DNA of 64,000 nt from an uncultured Tateyamaria sp. (GTDB lineage: Bacteria; Pseudomonadota; Alphaproteobacteria; Rhodobacterales; Rhodobacteraceae): contig NZ_CANMEU010000015.1 of NCBI RefSeq assembly GCF_947497045.1, positions 3,470-67,469 on the forward strand. Reading direction: 5' to 3'. Shown piece after piece: positions 1 through 9,147 of this stretch. Each line of letters begins with the position of its first letter. The stretch's first letter is position 1. The notes under the pieces are model-generated. The model was given only the letters and a program-made list of their open reading frames with translations. It ran no database searches and was not told the origin of the DNA. Position numbers and translations under genes: made by a program.

Positions 1-573
1 GCAGTAGGTCTCGGGCCCGAAGATGTGACTCATGTGGTTTTCACCCACGCCCATCCGGACCACATCTGGGGGCTTCTGGATGATTTTGATGAGCCCCTGT
101 TTTCGGAGGCGACCTACATAATGGGACGTGCGGAATGGGATTATTGGTGGAACCCTGAAACCGTCAACACAATCGGGGAAGCGCGTGCCGCCTTTGCCGT
201 GGGGGCAAAACGCCGGATGGAGGCGATCGAAGATGCGGTCGCGCTTATTGATGATGGTGATGAGGTTCTGCCCGGCATTTCGGCTGTTTCATCACCGGGT
301 CATACACCGGGGCACATGGCGTTCGAGGTCCGCAAGGGGTCCGGCTCTGCTCTGATTATCGGTGATGCAATCGGCAATCATCATGTGGCGTCCCGAAAAC
401 CTGAATGGATCAGCGGCTCTGATCAGGATGGTACGTTGGGCGTCAAATCTCGCAAGATGCTGCTGGACCGACTGGCCGCAGAACAGATGGCCGTGATCGG
501 CTTTCACCTGCCCGGTGGCGGTATGGGTCGGGTGGAGCGTGACGGCGATGGTTACCGCTTTGTGGGCACATGA
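1..573 (+). CDS. MBL-fold metallo-hydrolase; 5' end lies outside the window
   Basis: Frame 1 is open from base 1. It has a canonical HxHxDH motif (THAHPDHIWG) and SPGHTPGH. Its stop overlaps the next start (ATGA at 570-573). Confidence 0.75.
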   Translation, partial: AVGLGPEDVTHVVFTHAHPDHIWGLLDDFDEPLFSEATYIMGRAEWDYWWNPETVNTIGEARAAFAVGAKRRMEAIEDAVALIDDGDEVLPGISAVSSPGHTPGHMAFEVRKGSGSALIIGDAIGNHHVASRKPEWISGSDQDGTLGVKSRKMLLDRLAAEQMAVIGFHLPGGGMGRVERDGDGYRFVGT

Positions 574-1517
574 TGATGCGGTGGGTTGCCTTGCTTTGCC
601 TGATGGCGCACCCGGTTCTGGCGGATGAGGATATTCCCGACCAGTACCCGGGCTCGCCGCTCTATTCCAAACCCATTGAGGTCATTCCAAACGTCTGGTC
701 CGCCATCGGGGCCACTGCCCCGCCCACATATGAAAACTCGGGCCATAACAACAACCTCAGCTTCATCATCACCGGCAACGGGGTGATCGTGATAAACGGA
801 GGCGCGGCCTACATTCTGGCCAAGGCCCTGCACATGGAAATCCGAACGATCACCAATCAGCCAGTGAAACTGGTGATCGACGAAAACGGTCAGGGCCATG
901 CAATGCTGGGCAATTCCTATTGGACGGAACAGGGCGTTCCCATTTTGGCGCATGTGGATGCTGCCCATGAGTTCGAAGAACGTGGCAACCGGATCCTGGA
1001 AGGTATGAAACGCTACAACCGTGACAAGGCAGACGGCACCTTTGTTGCCCTGCCAACGGAGACGTTTGAAGACAAACGCGTTATCGAAATGGGTGATTTC
1101 ACCATCGAAGTCCTTCACCTTGGACCCGCGCACGGCCCCGGTGACACGCAGGTCTGGCTGCCGGAGCAAAGCATGGTGATTGCCGGTGACATGGCTTTTC
1201 ATCAACGTATGCTGCCAATCTTTGAGGAGACTATTGTCCATGATTGGATCGAAACCTGGGATGACGGTTTTGAGGCGTTAAACGCGACCTACGTCATCCC
1301 GGGTCATGGCACGCCCACGAATATGGCACAGGTGCGTCGCTATACGCGGGACTACCTTGTCTATCTACGCGAGAAAGTCGGCGAACATCTGGACAATGGC
1401 GGAGATCTGGCCGAAGCCTATTACGTGGATCAAAGCCCTTACAGACACCTTGATACGTTCGATGAACTTGCCACCCGCAATGCGGGCCGCGTTTACGAGC
1501 AGATGGAATTTGAGTGA
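570..1517 (+). CDS. Secreted MBL-fold protein, SoxH-like by size and context
   Basis: Signal-peptide-like N-terminus (MMMRWVALLCLMAHPVLA). MBL motifs GPAHGPGD, IAGDMAF and IPGHG are present. The HxHxDH position reads ENGQGH when aligned by eye. It lies next to the sox locus. Confidence 0.65.
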   Translation: MMMRWVALLCLMAHPVLADEDIPDQYPGSPLYSKPIEVIPNVWSAIGATAPPTYENSGHNNNLSFIITGNGVIVINGGAAYILAKALHMEIRTITNQPVKLVIDENGQGHAMLGNSYWTEQGVPILAHVDAAHEFEERGNRILEGMKRYNRDKADGTFVALPTETFEDKRVIEMGDFTIEVLHLGPAHGPGDTQVWLPEQSMVIAGDMAFHQRMLPIFEETIVHDWIETWDDGFEALNATYVIPGHGTPTNMAQVRRYTRDYLVYLREKVGEHLDNGGDLAEAYYVDQSPYRHLDTFDELATRNAGRVYEQMEFE

Positions 1518-2137
1518 CCTCACCTGTACCGCATGATCTTTCGGCATATTTTGCCAAAGGCGATCGCCTTGAGGCACCCGATGGCGCATGCCTTTTTCGA
1601 CCGGGTGATGAAGGGCGCGCATTTCTGATCGTGAAATCCGGTGCGGTGCGGGTCGAACAGACAAACGGTGCCGGGCGGACTGTCGTACTTTACCGCGTTG
1701 AGGCGGGTGACAGCTGTGTGCTGACAACCACGTGCTTGCTGTCCGGCAAGCCATACTCGGGCTATGGTTATGCCGAAGGCGCAGTCGCCGCAGCCGCGAT
1801 ATCAGCGGACAAGTTTCGCACACTGCTCGGCACGGATCTGCGGTTTCAGGCGCTTGTCTTTCGCGGGTTCGCCGCGCGGGTCGGAGAATTGACCGATGTC
1901 ATCGACGACCTTCTGGAACACCGCACTGATCTTCGTCTGGCCCGCTGGCTGGCGCAGCGCGAAACATCGAACATCCGGATGACACAACAAGAGCTTGCGC
2001 AAGAGCTTGGCACGGCACGTGAAGTCGTCTCGCGCACGTTGAAGTCCTTTGAAGCACGCGGCTGGATAGAGATCGGTCGCGGTTCTGTGAGCGTTCTTCA
2101 GCCATCAGCCTTGGCAAGCTACGGAAACACGCAATGA
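1514..2137 (+). CDS. Crp/Fnr-family transcriptional regulator
   Basis: The N-terminal half looks like a cNMP-binding beta-barrel. The C-terminal HTH reads TQQELAQELGTAREVVSRTLKSFEARGWI. The GTG start overlaps the upstream stop (GTGA). Confidence 0.8.
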   Translation: MTSPVPHDLSAYFAKGDRLEAPDGACLFRPGDEGRAFLIVKSGAVRVEQTNGAGRTVVLYRVEAGDSCVLTTTCLLSGKPYSGYGYAEGAVAAAAISADKFRTLLGTDLRFQALVFRGFAARVGELTDVIDDLLEHRTDLRLARWLAQRETSNIRMTQQELAQELGTAREVVSRTLKSFEARGWIEIGRGSVSVLQPSALASYGNTQ

Positions 2138-2140
2138 AAT

Positions 2141-2153
2141 GTGACACAGTCAC
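2141..2153. promoter_or_regulatory. Perfect 13-bp palindrome GTGACacaGTCAC, candidate operator
   Basis: Read directly from the sequence. It starts 4 nt after the Crp/Fnr stop and lies about 60 nt upstream of the DUF2892 start. Confidence 0.3.
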
Positions 2154-2212
2154 TGATCGTTTTGCGCGATCCTGTTTGAATGCATCCCATGCAACAACAG
2201 GAACCTTAACGC

Positions 2213-2401
2213 ATGACACGCAATCTTGGACAATTCGACCGCATCGCCCGCCTCGTGCTTGGTGCACTTTTGGCATTACTGGCGGTGACAGGAACAGTCG
2301 GCATCTGGGGCTATCTCGGCCTGGTCTTCGTCGGTACCGCCTTCGTGAATTTCTGCCCCATCTACAAAGTTCTTGGCCTCAAGACGTGCCAAGACTGCTG
2401 A
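2213..2401 (+). CDS. DUF2892 (YgaP-like) small membrane protein
   Basis: 62 aa. The family-typical N-terminus NLGQFDRIARLVLG is followed by two hydrophobic segments and a C-terminal CPIY...C. Confidence 0.7.
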   Translation: MTRNLGQFDRIARLVLGALLALLAVTGTVGIWGYLGLVFVGTAFVNFCPIYKVLGLKTCQDC

Positions 2402-2710
2402 TCCAACGCTTCCTTTGGGTGATGGGTCTTGTGGCTGTCGCGGCTGTTGTCCTGATGATCGCAACCGCAGCTGTTTTCGCATAAACACCTGTCCTCAGCG
2501 TACCTGAAGCCTCTGAAAAGGCGGCTTTGGGCGAACTCATGCTGTTTTGGATATCCGCCCGCCCGAGAAATGGCGGCGATGCGGCGTTGCCAAAGGGGCT
2601 TGGCCCCTAACCGCCTCTTGAGCCTGCACATTGATAGCCCCAAAGCAGAATAGTGCGAGAATCAATTCGGATCTCGGGTCATCCCCGAAACGTGCCGCTG
2701 CTTTTGGCGG

Positions 2711-2745
2711 AATGATGAAACAGGCCCCGAGCTGAAATCGGGACC
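2711..2745 (-). terminator. Weak stem-loop downstream of soxF
   Basis: Minus strand reads GGTCCCGA-tttcagc-TCGGGGCC followed by a partly T-rich tract (tgTTTcatcaTT). Confidence 0.3.
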
Positions 2746-2757
2746 TGCGTTCATTGC

Positions 2758-4032
2758 TCAGACTTTTGCACCAAACATGTCGGCAGTGATGCCTGCGTAC
2801 CAGCCTTCGGACTCCTCGTAGGTGGTCTGGCGCACTTCCGCGCTTTCACCTGTTGTGGAGATAAAGCCGTCAACCTTGGCAATCTTCTCGTCTGTCGCCT
2901 CATAAGTGGCACCGACTTTGACGCCATCGTTGGTATCGATCAGTGACCAGCAGGTGTTGGCGAACTTGGCGGGGAATACTTTTGACCCCGTCAGCGCACC
3001 ACGAACCGCATTGGCGCAGACCTTGGCCTGACTGTTGGCAGCGAAACCGGATTTCGGCATATCACCCTGCTGGCTCGCGTCACCCAACACATACACATCC
3101 GCGTCTGCCTTCGTGGACATGTCCGCTGCGTTGACCGGTGCCCAGTTTCCATCCGTGACGCCAGCAATCTGTGCAATGCGGCCGGCCTTCATGGCGGGGA
3201 TCACGTTGCAAACGTCAACCTTTGTCTCTTCATCGTCGATGCTCAAGGTCATGCCAGAAGGATCGACACTGACATTGCCGCCACCGAAGTCTTCGCCGAT
3301 CCAGTCGATCATACCCTCGTAATGATCTGCCCAGCCTTCCTGGAACAACGCCATTTTGGAAAACTTCGGCTTGGGATCCGCCACGATGATCTTGGCTGTG
3401 GGGTTGTTGGCCTTGAGGTAATGCGCAACCATCGACACCCGCTCATATGGCCCGGGAGGGCAGCGGTATGGGTTTGGCGGTGCCACCATGGCAAAGGTGC
3501 CGCCTTCGGGCATTGCCATCAGTTGTGCTTTGAGAAGTTCGGTTTGCGAACCCCCTTTGTAGGCATGGGGCATTGCGTTCTGCGCATTCAGATCCCAGCC
3601 TGCGACAGCGTTATCCACGAAATCAATGCCGGGGCTGAGGATCAGCTTGTCATAGCCGAGGGTCGCGCCGCCCGCCAATGATACGGTCTTTGCGTCGCGG
3701 TCCACATCAACGGCCCAATCATGTACGACATTCACGCCGGCAGCGGCGAGACCACCATATGAATGACCAAGGTCATCCATTTGTTTGATCCCACCCAAAT
3801 ACAGGTTGGAGAAAAAGCAGGTGAAGTAAGTACGCGTGGGCTCAACCAATGTCACGTCGACAGCACCTTTGCTGTCCTTGGCGATATAGCGCGCTGCCGT
3901 TGCGCCGCCGGCACCGCCGCCGATGACGACCACGCGCGGCTCGGCGTGGCCATCGGCCAGAACCATAGGTGCCGCCAGCGTGGCTGATGCCGCCGCAGCC
4001 GTCCCGATAAAAAGTCTTCTGTTTATAGTCAT
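2758..4032 (-). CDS. soxF: Flavocytochrome-c sulfide dehydrogenase-like flavoprotein
   Basis: Tat signal (INRRLFIGTAAAA). FAD dinucleotide fold VVVIGGGAGGATAA. At 424 aa it matches SoxF size and position. Confidence 0.85.
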   Translation of the reverse strand: MTINRRLFIGTAAAASATLAAPMVLADGHAEPRVVVIGGGAGGATAARYIAKDSKGAVDVTLVEPTRTYFTCFFSNLYLGGIKQMDDLGHSYGGLAAAGVNVVHDWAVDVDRDAKTVSLAGGATLGYDKLILSPGIDFVDNAVAGWDLNAQNAMPHAYKGGSQTELLKAQLMAMPEGGTFAMVAPPNPYRCPPGPYERVSMVAHYLKANNPTAKIIVADPKPKFSKMALFQEGWADHYEGMIDWIGEDFGGGNVSVDPSGMTLSIDDEETKVDVCNVIPAMKAGRIAQIAGVTDGNWAPVNAADMSTKADADVYVLGDASQQGDMPKSGFAANSQAKVCANAVRGALTGSKVFPAKFANTCWSLIDTNDGVKVGATYEATDEKIAKVDGFISTTGESAEVRQTTYEESEGWYAGITADMFGAKV

Positions 4033-4056
4033 ATGGGTCTCCTCCCTAAAGTGGCC

Positions 4057-4746
4057 TCAATTTTCGAGGCTCTTGAAATATGCCGCGAGTGCAGCAATCT
4101 CTTCGTTGGACAGACGGCTTGTAACCATCTGCATGACCGGGTGCTCCCGGTTTTTCTGTTTGTAGGCATGCATGGCTGTTACGAAATCGTCGGTCTCCCA
4201 ACCCACAATGGCGGGAATGCCATCGTCCGACCCGCTCTCCTGGTGGCAGGTGGTACATTCCGATGACAGGTATTCGCCGTACTCGACATCGCCCTCTATG
4301 GCCAGGATATCTGCGGAAATCACAAACCCCTCATCCACCTGTGCGGCCATGGCGCCACCAGAAAAGCTGGCCAGATAGGCAATCACATCAATGCGGTCTT
4401 CTTCGCTCTTGAGGCCCCGAAAACTCATCTTTGTGCGTGGGACCATTTGTTTGGGATCTTGCAGGAAGGCGTCGAGGGTCTCTGCTGTCCAATGCAGCCC
4501 ATCTTGAGCGGCCTCTTTTATCGCTTCCGAGTACTTGAATTCAGGAACGCCAGCCGCGCGCGCCGACAGGATGTTGTTCAGCACCGGACCCACCCTGTTG
4601 CGGGCCTCGGGCCCCACCATGTGGCAGCTTGCGCATTTTTTATAGACCTGTTGGCCCCGCTCAGGATCACCGACAACTTCAGCCGCAGCGCCCGTGACAA
4701 ACACGGACACTGCAACCGACAGGGAGAACCACTTAATGGACTTCAT
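4057..4746 (-). CDS. soxE: Di-haem cytochrome c
   Basis: Signal peptide. Two CxxCH motifs (CASCH, CTTCH). 229 aa, located between soxD and soxF. Confidence 0.75.
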   Translation of the reverse strand: MKSIKWFSLSVAVSVFVTGAAAEVVGDPERGQQVYKKCASCHMVGPEARNRVGPVLNNILSARAAGVPEFKYSEAIKEAAQDGLHWTAETLDAFLQDPKQMVPRTKMSFRGLKSEEDRIDVIAYLASFSGGAMAAQVDEGFVISADILAIEGDVEYGEYLSSECTTCHQESGSDDGIPAIVGWETDDFVTAMHAYKQKNREHPVMQMVTSRLSNEEIAALAAYFKSLEN

Positions 4747-4751
4747 CGTTA

Positions 4752-6086
4752 CTATTCCCCGAACGTCTTGAGGTATTCGGTGACGGCCTCGACATCACCG
4801 TCTTTCCTGAGGCCCGAGAAGGACATCTTGGTTCCCTTCATGTACGCCTTGGGCTTGGCGAGAAATCCGGCCAACGATGCCTCATCCCAGATCCGCCCGG
4901 CATCCAAGGCGTCTTGAAACGCCGCAGAATATTCGAAGCCGTCAACGGCACCCATTGTTCGGCCCATCAGCGCATTAAGCTGTGGTCCTGACCGGTTCTT
5001 GGCACCTTCACCTATCTGGTGACATGCTTTGCATTTCTTGAAGACTTTCTCACCTGCCGCCACAAGTTCCGCATTACCATCTGTGGGCTCAGTTGCCGCT
5101 GCTGCCTCTGTTTCTTCAGTGGGTGTTTCCGCGGGTGCATCTTCCCGCGGCTTTTCAGCGGCGACCGGAATAAACGAAGGCCCCGCCGCAGAGAAGGTTG
5201 GCAACTCTTCCACGCTGGCATGGTTCATCGTCGATTCACTGCCACCCTCCTCGGGTGTTTCCACAAGGAAGACAGAGCGCATCGTGACAGCGACCTCTTC
5301 TTTGCAGTTCTCCATGCAAGGCTCTGTGCGCCATTTCGCGTATTCCTGCGCGGGGCGATCATCGATAACAAACCCGCCACCGTTCGGCATCTCGAAAGTG
5401 CCGAGGTTGTCTCGGGTCAGCTCGAACTCATCGTCAATCAGGTCGTTTGAATAGAGAATATAAGCAACGATTGCATAGGTCTCATCCGGGGTGAGCGTGC
5501 CTGCCTCACCAAAGGGCATGGATCGGTTCACATAGTCCCAGACCGTCGACAGATGTGGCCAGTAAGAACCGACAGTCTTGACCGGGTCCTTGTCACCCAA
5601 CGTGTCAAAACCGCCCGCCAGCACCGGCCAGTTGTCGACACCTTCGGCAAAGTCGCCATGGCAGGCGGCACATTTGTCAACGAATATTTCCTCGCCATCA
5701 AATGCGTTTCCTGACCCCGCGGGCAAACCCCTACCGTCAGGCAGAACATCAACGTCCCAAGCCGCAATTTCTTCGGGCAGGGCGGGGCGACCAATCGCAA
5801 GACTACCGTCGATCTCCGGCGCTGTCAGATTTACAGCTATTGCACTGCGTTCTGCGGCAGCGGCGTGCATCTCAGCAACCCTGGCTTCTAGCTCCGCAGC
5901 CCGCGCGGCTTCAGCTTTGGCCTTTTCGGTTGCGGTCATGGCGTTGGCTTCGACCTGGCCCAAACGGGTCTCCAAAAGCTCGATCTTGTCGGCACCATAG
6001 TCGCGCGACGCAACGCCATACGCCAGGCCCACAGCCAGTGCGGTGCCACCCAAAGCGGGAATGAAGATGTTAGGAGACTTCGACAT
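4752..6086 (-). CDS. soxD: Cytochrome c subunit of sulfane dehydrogenase
   Basis: Two CxxCH motifs (CAACH, CKACH). Its start overlaps the soxC 3' end by 17 nt. It has an A/E/P/T-rich linker between the haem domains. Confidence 0.8.
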   Translation of the reverse strand: MSKSPNIFIPALGGTALAVGLAYGVASRDYGADKIELLETRLGQVEANAMTATEKAKAEAARAAELEARVAEMHAAAAERSAIAVNLTAPEIDGSLAIGRPALPEEIAAWDVDVLPDGRGLPAGSGNAFDGEEIFVDKCAACHGDFAEGVDNWPVLAGGFDTLGDKDPVKTVGSYWPHLSTVWDYVNRSMPFGEAGTLTPDETYAIVAYILYSNDLIDDEFELTRDNLGTFEMPNGGGFVIDDRPAQEYAKWRTEPCMENCKEEVAVTMRSVFLVETPEEGGSESTMNHASVEELPTFSAAGPSFIPVAAEKPREDAPAETPTEETEAAAATEPTDGNAELVAAGEKVFKKCKACHQIGEGAKNRSGPQLNALMGRTMGAVDGFEYSAAFQDALDAGRIWDEASLAGFLAKPKAYMKGTKMSFSGLRKDGDVEAVTEYLKTFGE

Positions 6087-7332
6087 TCTCGGCGATCCCT
6101 TCTGCGTTCACGTACCAGGTCTGGATACAGTTGTTGTGATAGACGGAGTTCTCACCACGCTCGGTGCGCAGTTGCTCTTTGGTTGGCTGGACATAGCCGG
6201 TGTCGTCCATTGCACGGGCCTGGAGCAGCATCGGCGCGCCGTCCCATTCGGTATCGAGATAGAACCGGGTAAGTGCTTTGGTGTCGCCCCGCTTGCCAAG
6301 ACGTGCGGTTTCCCAGGAAATGCCGCCGTCTTTGGACACATCCACGCGGTTGATTTGCCCGTGACCGGACCATGCAAGACCTGAAATGACCGTCTGCCCC
6401 GGCCCATGCTTGATCGGCATCTGAGGGCTGGGCGACGTGATCACGGATTTTGCATCCATTACCCAGGTCCACTTGCGCGCGGTGCCGTCTTCCAGAACGT
6501 CGGTGTATTTCGAGGTCTCTTCTCGGCTTTCCACAGCCATGTCCGTGATCTCGATCCGGCGCAGCCATTTGACCCACATGTTGCCTTCCCAGCCCGGCAC
6601 GACCAGACGCACAGGGTAGCCATGTTCCATCCGCAGCGCCTCGCCGTTGGCCTTGAAAGCCACCAGCACATCGTCCAACGCCTTTTCCATCGGTATGGAA
6701 CGGCCATTCGAGGACGCATCCGCGCCTTCCACATAGACCCATTTGTCAGGTGATATATCAGCGCCCGCCGCCTTGAGCAGCGCCCGCAACGGCACGCCCG
6801 TGTATTCCATGTTGTGGATCATGCCATGCGTGAACTGCACACCGTTCAGCTGTGCGCCCGCCCATTCCATGCCGGTATTCGCGGCACATTCGCAGAAATA
6901 AACATGGTTCTCGCGTGGCAAGCGTTCGATGTCGTCATAGGTAAAGACCAGCGGTGTCTCTACCAGCCCGTTGATCATCAACCGATAGTCTTCCTTGCGC
7001 ATTTCAATCGCACCGGAATGGTGACGTTCAAAAGCGCAGCCTTGCGGGGTGATCGTGCCGTCAAGCGCATGGATCGGTGTGAAGTTGATCGAAGAGATGG
7101 GCGAAGCGGTCAGCCACTCCACGTTGCGGCGCACCACATGCTTCTCGAACTCGATGGGCATGCCGTAAGGGACTTCGTCCACTCCGACGCCTGTGTAGGA
7201 CGCCCAATCCTGCAATTCGGTGATCAGCGGGTCCGCCTCTTGTGCAGCGGCGGCTCCGGCAACGGACCCCGCAGCCATTGCAGCACTTCCTCTCAGAAAC
7301 GCGCGGCGGGACGGTTTGAACATCTCATCCAT
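6070..7332 (-). CDS. soxC: Molybdopterin sulfane dehydrogenase subunit
   Basis: Tat signal (SRRAFLRGSAAMAAG). Sulfite-oxidase-like fold with a conserved Cys region (VYFCECAANTG). Confidence 0.9.
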   Translation of the reverse strand: MDEMFKPSRRAFLRGSAAMAAGSVAGAAAAQEADPLITELQDWASYTGVGVDEVPYGMPIEFEKHVVRRNVEWLTASPISSINFTPIHALDGTITPQGCAFERHHSGAIEMRKEDYRLMINGLVETPLVFTYDDIERLPRENHVYFCECAANTGMEWAGAQLNGVQFTHGMIHNMEYTGVPLRALLKAAGADISPDKWVYVEGADASSNGRSIPMEKALDDVLVAFKANGEALRMEHGYPVRLVVPGWEGNMWVKWLRRIEITDMAVESREETSKYTDVLEDGTARKWTWVMDAKSVITSPSPQMPIKHGPGQTVISGLAWSGHGQINRVDVSKDGGISWETARLGKRGDTKALTRFYLDTEWDGAPMLLQARAMDDTGYVQPTKEQLRTERGENSVYHNNCIQTWYVNAEGIAENVEVS

Positions 7333-7357
7333 GTTTCAATGTCTCCTGTAATTCGGG

Positions 7358-9067
7358 TCAGGCGCCGACGATTTCGACGCTGTTGTTTTCCTGCACCGTG
7401 ACGGTGCCAAGCTTGGCGATATGGCTTTCCACCACGTCCCAGATCTGCGGACCTTCGGTGCCCTCATTGACGCTGGCCCATCCGGCAACAACGTAGTTGC
7501 GGGCCGCATCAATCGGTGTACCCGTGCCAAGCAGCGTCATGTTGGAAATCCGCGCGCCCTGGGGTTTGGAAATGTCGATGCGGTAGCCAAGACCGCCCGT
7601 GCGCACCATGTCACCGCCCTGCTGATAGTAGGGATCTGGGTTGAAGATATTGTCAGCCACATCTTCCAGAACCACCTTCAGGAATTCCCCTGTGAACTCG
7701 GTCCGATAGGCCTCTCCGTAAGTCATGGATGTCACGCCAAAGATGTCCTCGCGCGTAATGTCCTGACCGGGGATCAAGGATGGCCCCCAACGCACACCGG
7801 GGCTGAGGGCGATCTCAGCATCCCGCTCGCTGATGAGCGCATCGCAGATCAAGTCATCCCAGCTACCGTTAAAGTTACCCCGTCGATAAAGCAGGCTGTC
7901 GGTCTGACCGATGACCTCTGCCATCTCTGCCGCGTAAGGTGCGCGTTGCGCATCGATCAGAGCCGCTACATCGGCATCCGGCGCAATCACGTCCGAAAAC
8001 AGCGGAATGAGCTTGGTCTTGTAGCCCATCATGCGCCCGTCCCGAATATCGAGATCTATGCGACTGACGAACTTTCCGTTGGATCCCGATGCGATGATGA
8101 TCGTCTCGCCAATCAGCACAGGCTCGGGAAGCGCATCATGGGTATGGCCCGACAGGATCACGTCAATGCCGGGCACAACGCTGGCCATCTTCTTGTCCAC
8201 GTCAAAGCCGTTGTGGCTAAGCACGACAACACATTCGGCACCGGCGGCACGTACCTCTTCGACCATCGCCGCCATGTTTTCATCACGGATACCAAAGGAA
8301 TACTCGGGGAACATCCAACCGGGGTTGGCGATAGGCATATAGGGGAAGGCCTGTCCGATGACGGCGATCTTGGTGCCGCCACGTTCAAACATCTTGTAGG
8401 GCTTGAACAACTCAGCGGGCTCGTCCCATTCGGAATCAAAAATGTTCTGCCCGAGGGCGGCAAAGGGCAACCTTTCAACAATCTCGTTCACCCGTTCAGA
8501 CCCGAGCGTAAATTCCCAATGGAAGGTCATCGCGTCGGGCTTGAGCGCATTCATCACGTTCACCATGTCTTGACCTTCGGTCTTGAGACAGGTGTAGGAG
8601 CCATGCCAGGTATCACCACCATCCAGCAAAATCGCATCAGGCCGGTCGGCACGGATCGCGTTGATCACCGTTGCCATGCGATCCAAACCACCAATACGGC
8701 CATATGTCTTTGCCAGAGCGGAGAAATCTTCAGAACTCAGCGCGTAGTGGCTGGGGCTCCCATCCTCGATCCCATAGAGCCGGCGAAAGTCGGCACCGGT
8801 CACGTGGGGCACAACGCCTTTGTTGTCTCCCACGCCGATATTTACTGATGGTTCACGGAAATGCAGTGGCTTGAGCTGGCCGTGAATATCCGTCACATGG
8901 ATCAGTGACACATTGCCGTAAGTTTCGAACTGCAAAAGCCCGTCCTGCGACAGAGTCTGCTGTGCTGCCAAACGCGCCCAATTGCCAAAGCCCGAGGCAC
9001 CCACCATGGCCGATGCCGCCATGCCAACCTGAAGAAAATCACGACGCGAGATCATGTGCTGATCCAT
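7358..9067 (-). CDS. soxB: Thiosulfohydrolase
   Basis: Tat signal (ISRRDFLQVG). Metallophosphoesterase motifs HVTDIHGQ and GGDTWHGS. The C-terminal half is 5'-nucleotidase-like. Confidence 0.95.
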   Translation of the reverse strand: MDQHMISRRDFLQVGMAASAMVGASGFGNWARLAAQQTLSQDGLLQFETYGNVSLIHVTDIHGQLKPLHFREPSVNIGVGDNKGVVPHVTGADFRRLYGIEDGSPSHYALSSEDFSALAKTYGRIGGLDRMATVINAIRADRPDAILLDGGDTWHGSYTCLKTEGQDMVNVMNALKPDAMTFHWEFTLGSERVNEIVERLPFAALGQNIFDSEWDEPAELFKPYKMFERGGTKIAVIGQAFPYMPIANPGWMFPEYSFGIRDENMAAMVEEVRAAGAECVVVLSHNGFDVDKKMASVVPGIDVILSGHTHDALPEPVLIGETIIIASGSNGKFVSRIDLDIRDGRMMGYKTKLIPLFSDVIAPDADVAALIDAQRAPYAAEMAEVIGQTDSLLYRRGNFNGSWDDLICDALISERDAEIALSPGVRWGPSLIPGQDITREDIFGVTSMTYGEAYRTEFTGEFLKVVLEDVADNIFNPDPYYQQGGDMVRTGGLGYRIDISKPQGARISNMTLLGTGTPIDAARNYVVAGWASVNEGTEGPQIWDVVESHIAKLGTVTVQENNSVEIVGA

Positions 9068-9079
9068 TCCTTAAGTTAA

Positions 9080-9107
9080 ATGCGCATATTTGAATATCGC
9101 GCATAAA
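9080..9107. repeat. Palindromic element ATGCGCATATTTGA-ATAT-CGCGCATAAA (copy 1)
   Basis: Read directly from the sequence. It matches the reverse complement of 58002-58025 except for a 4-nt ATAT insertion. Confidence 0.6.
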
Positions 9108-9137
9108 GAAGAACCCCGAACAAACATGTGCGGGGTC
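9103..9137 (-). terminator. Terminator/attenuator-like hairpin between soxA and soxB
   Basis: Minus strand reads GACCCCG-cacatgtttgt-tCGGGGTTC followed by TTCTTTAT. Confidence 0.4.
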
Positions 9138-9147
9138 AAACTTCAGA

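Noticed and set aside
7421-8848. A 475-aa ORF antisense to soxB. Similar long antisense ORFs include 22785-24278, 25494-26585, 20407-21363, 21042-22211, 32423-33466, 33463-34491, 43168-44013, 44089-45114, 47855-49066, 49248-50489, 53291-54190, 55216-56226 and 56313-57146.
   Set aside because: All are opposite to genes with clear family motifs and have biased R/G/H/P composition. They are not counted as genes.
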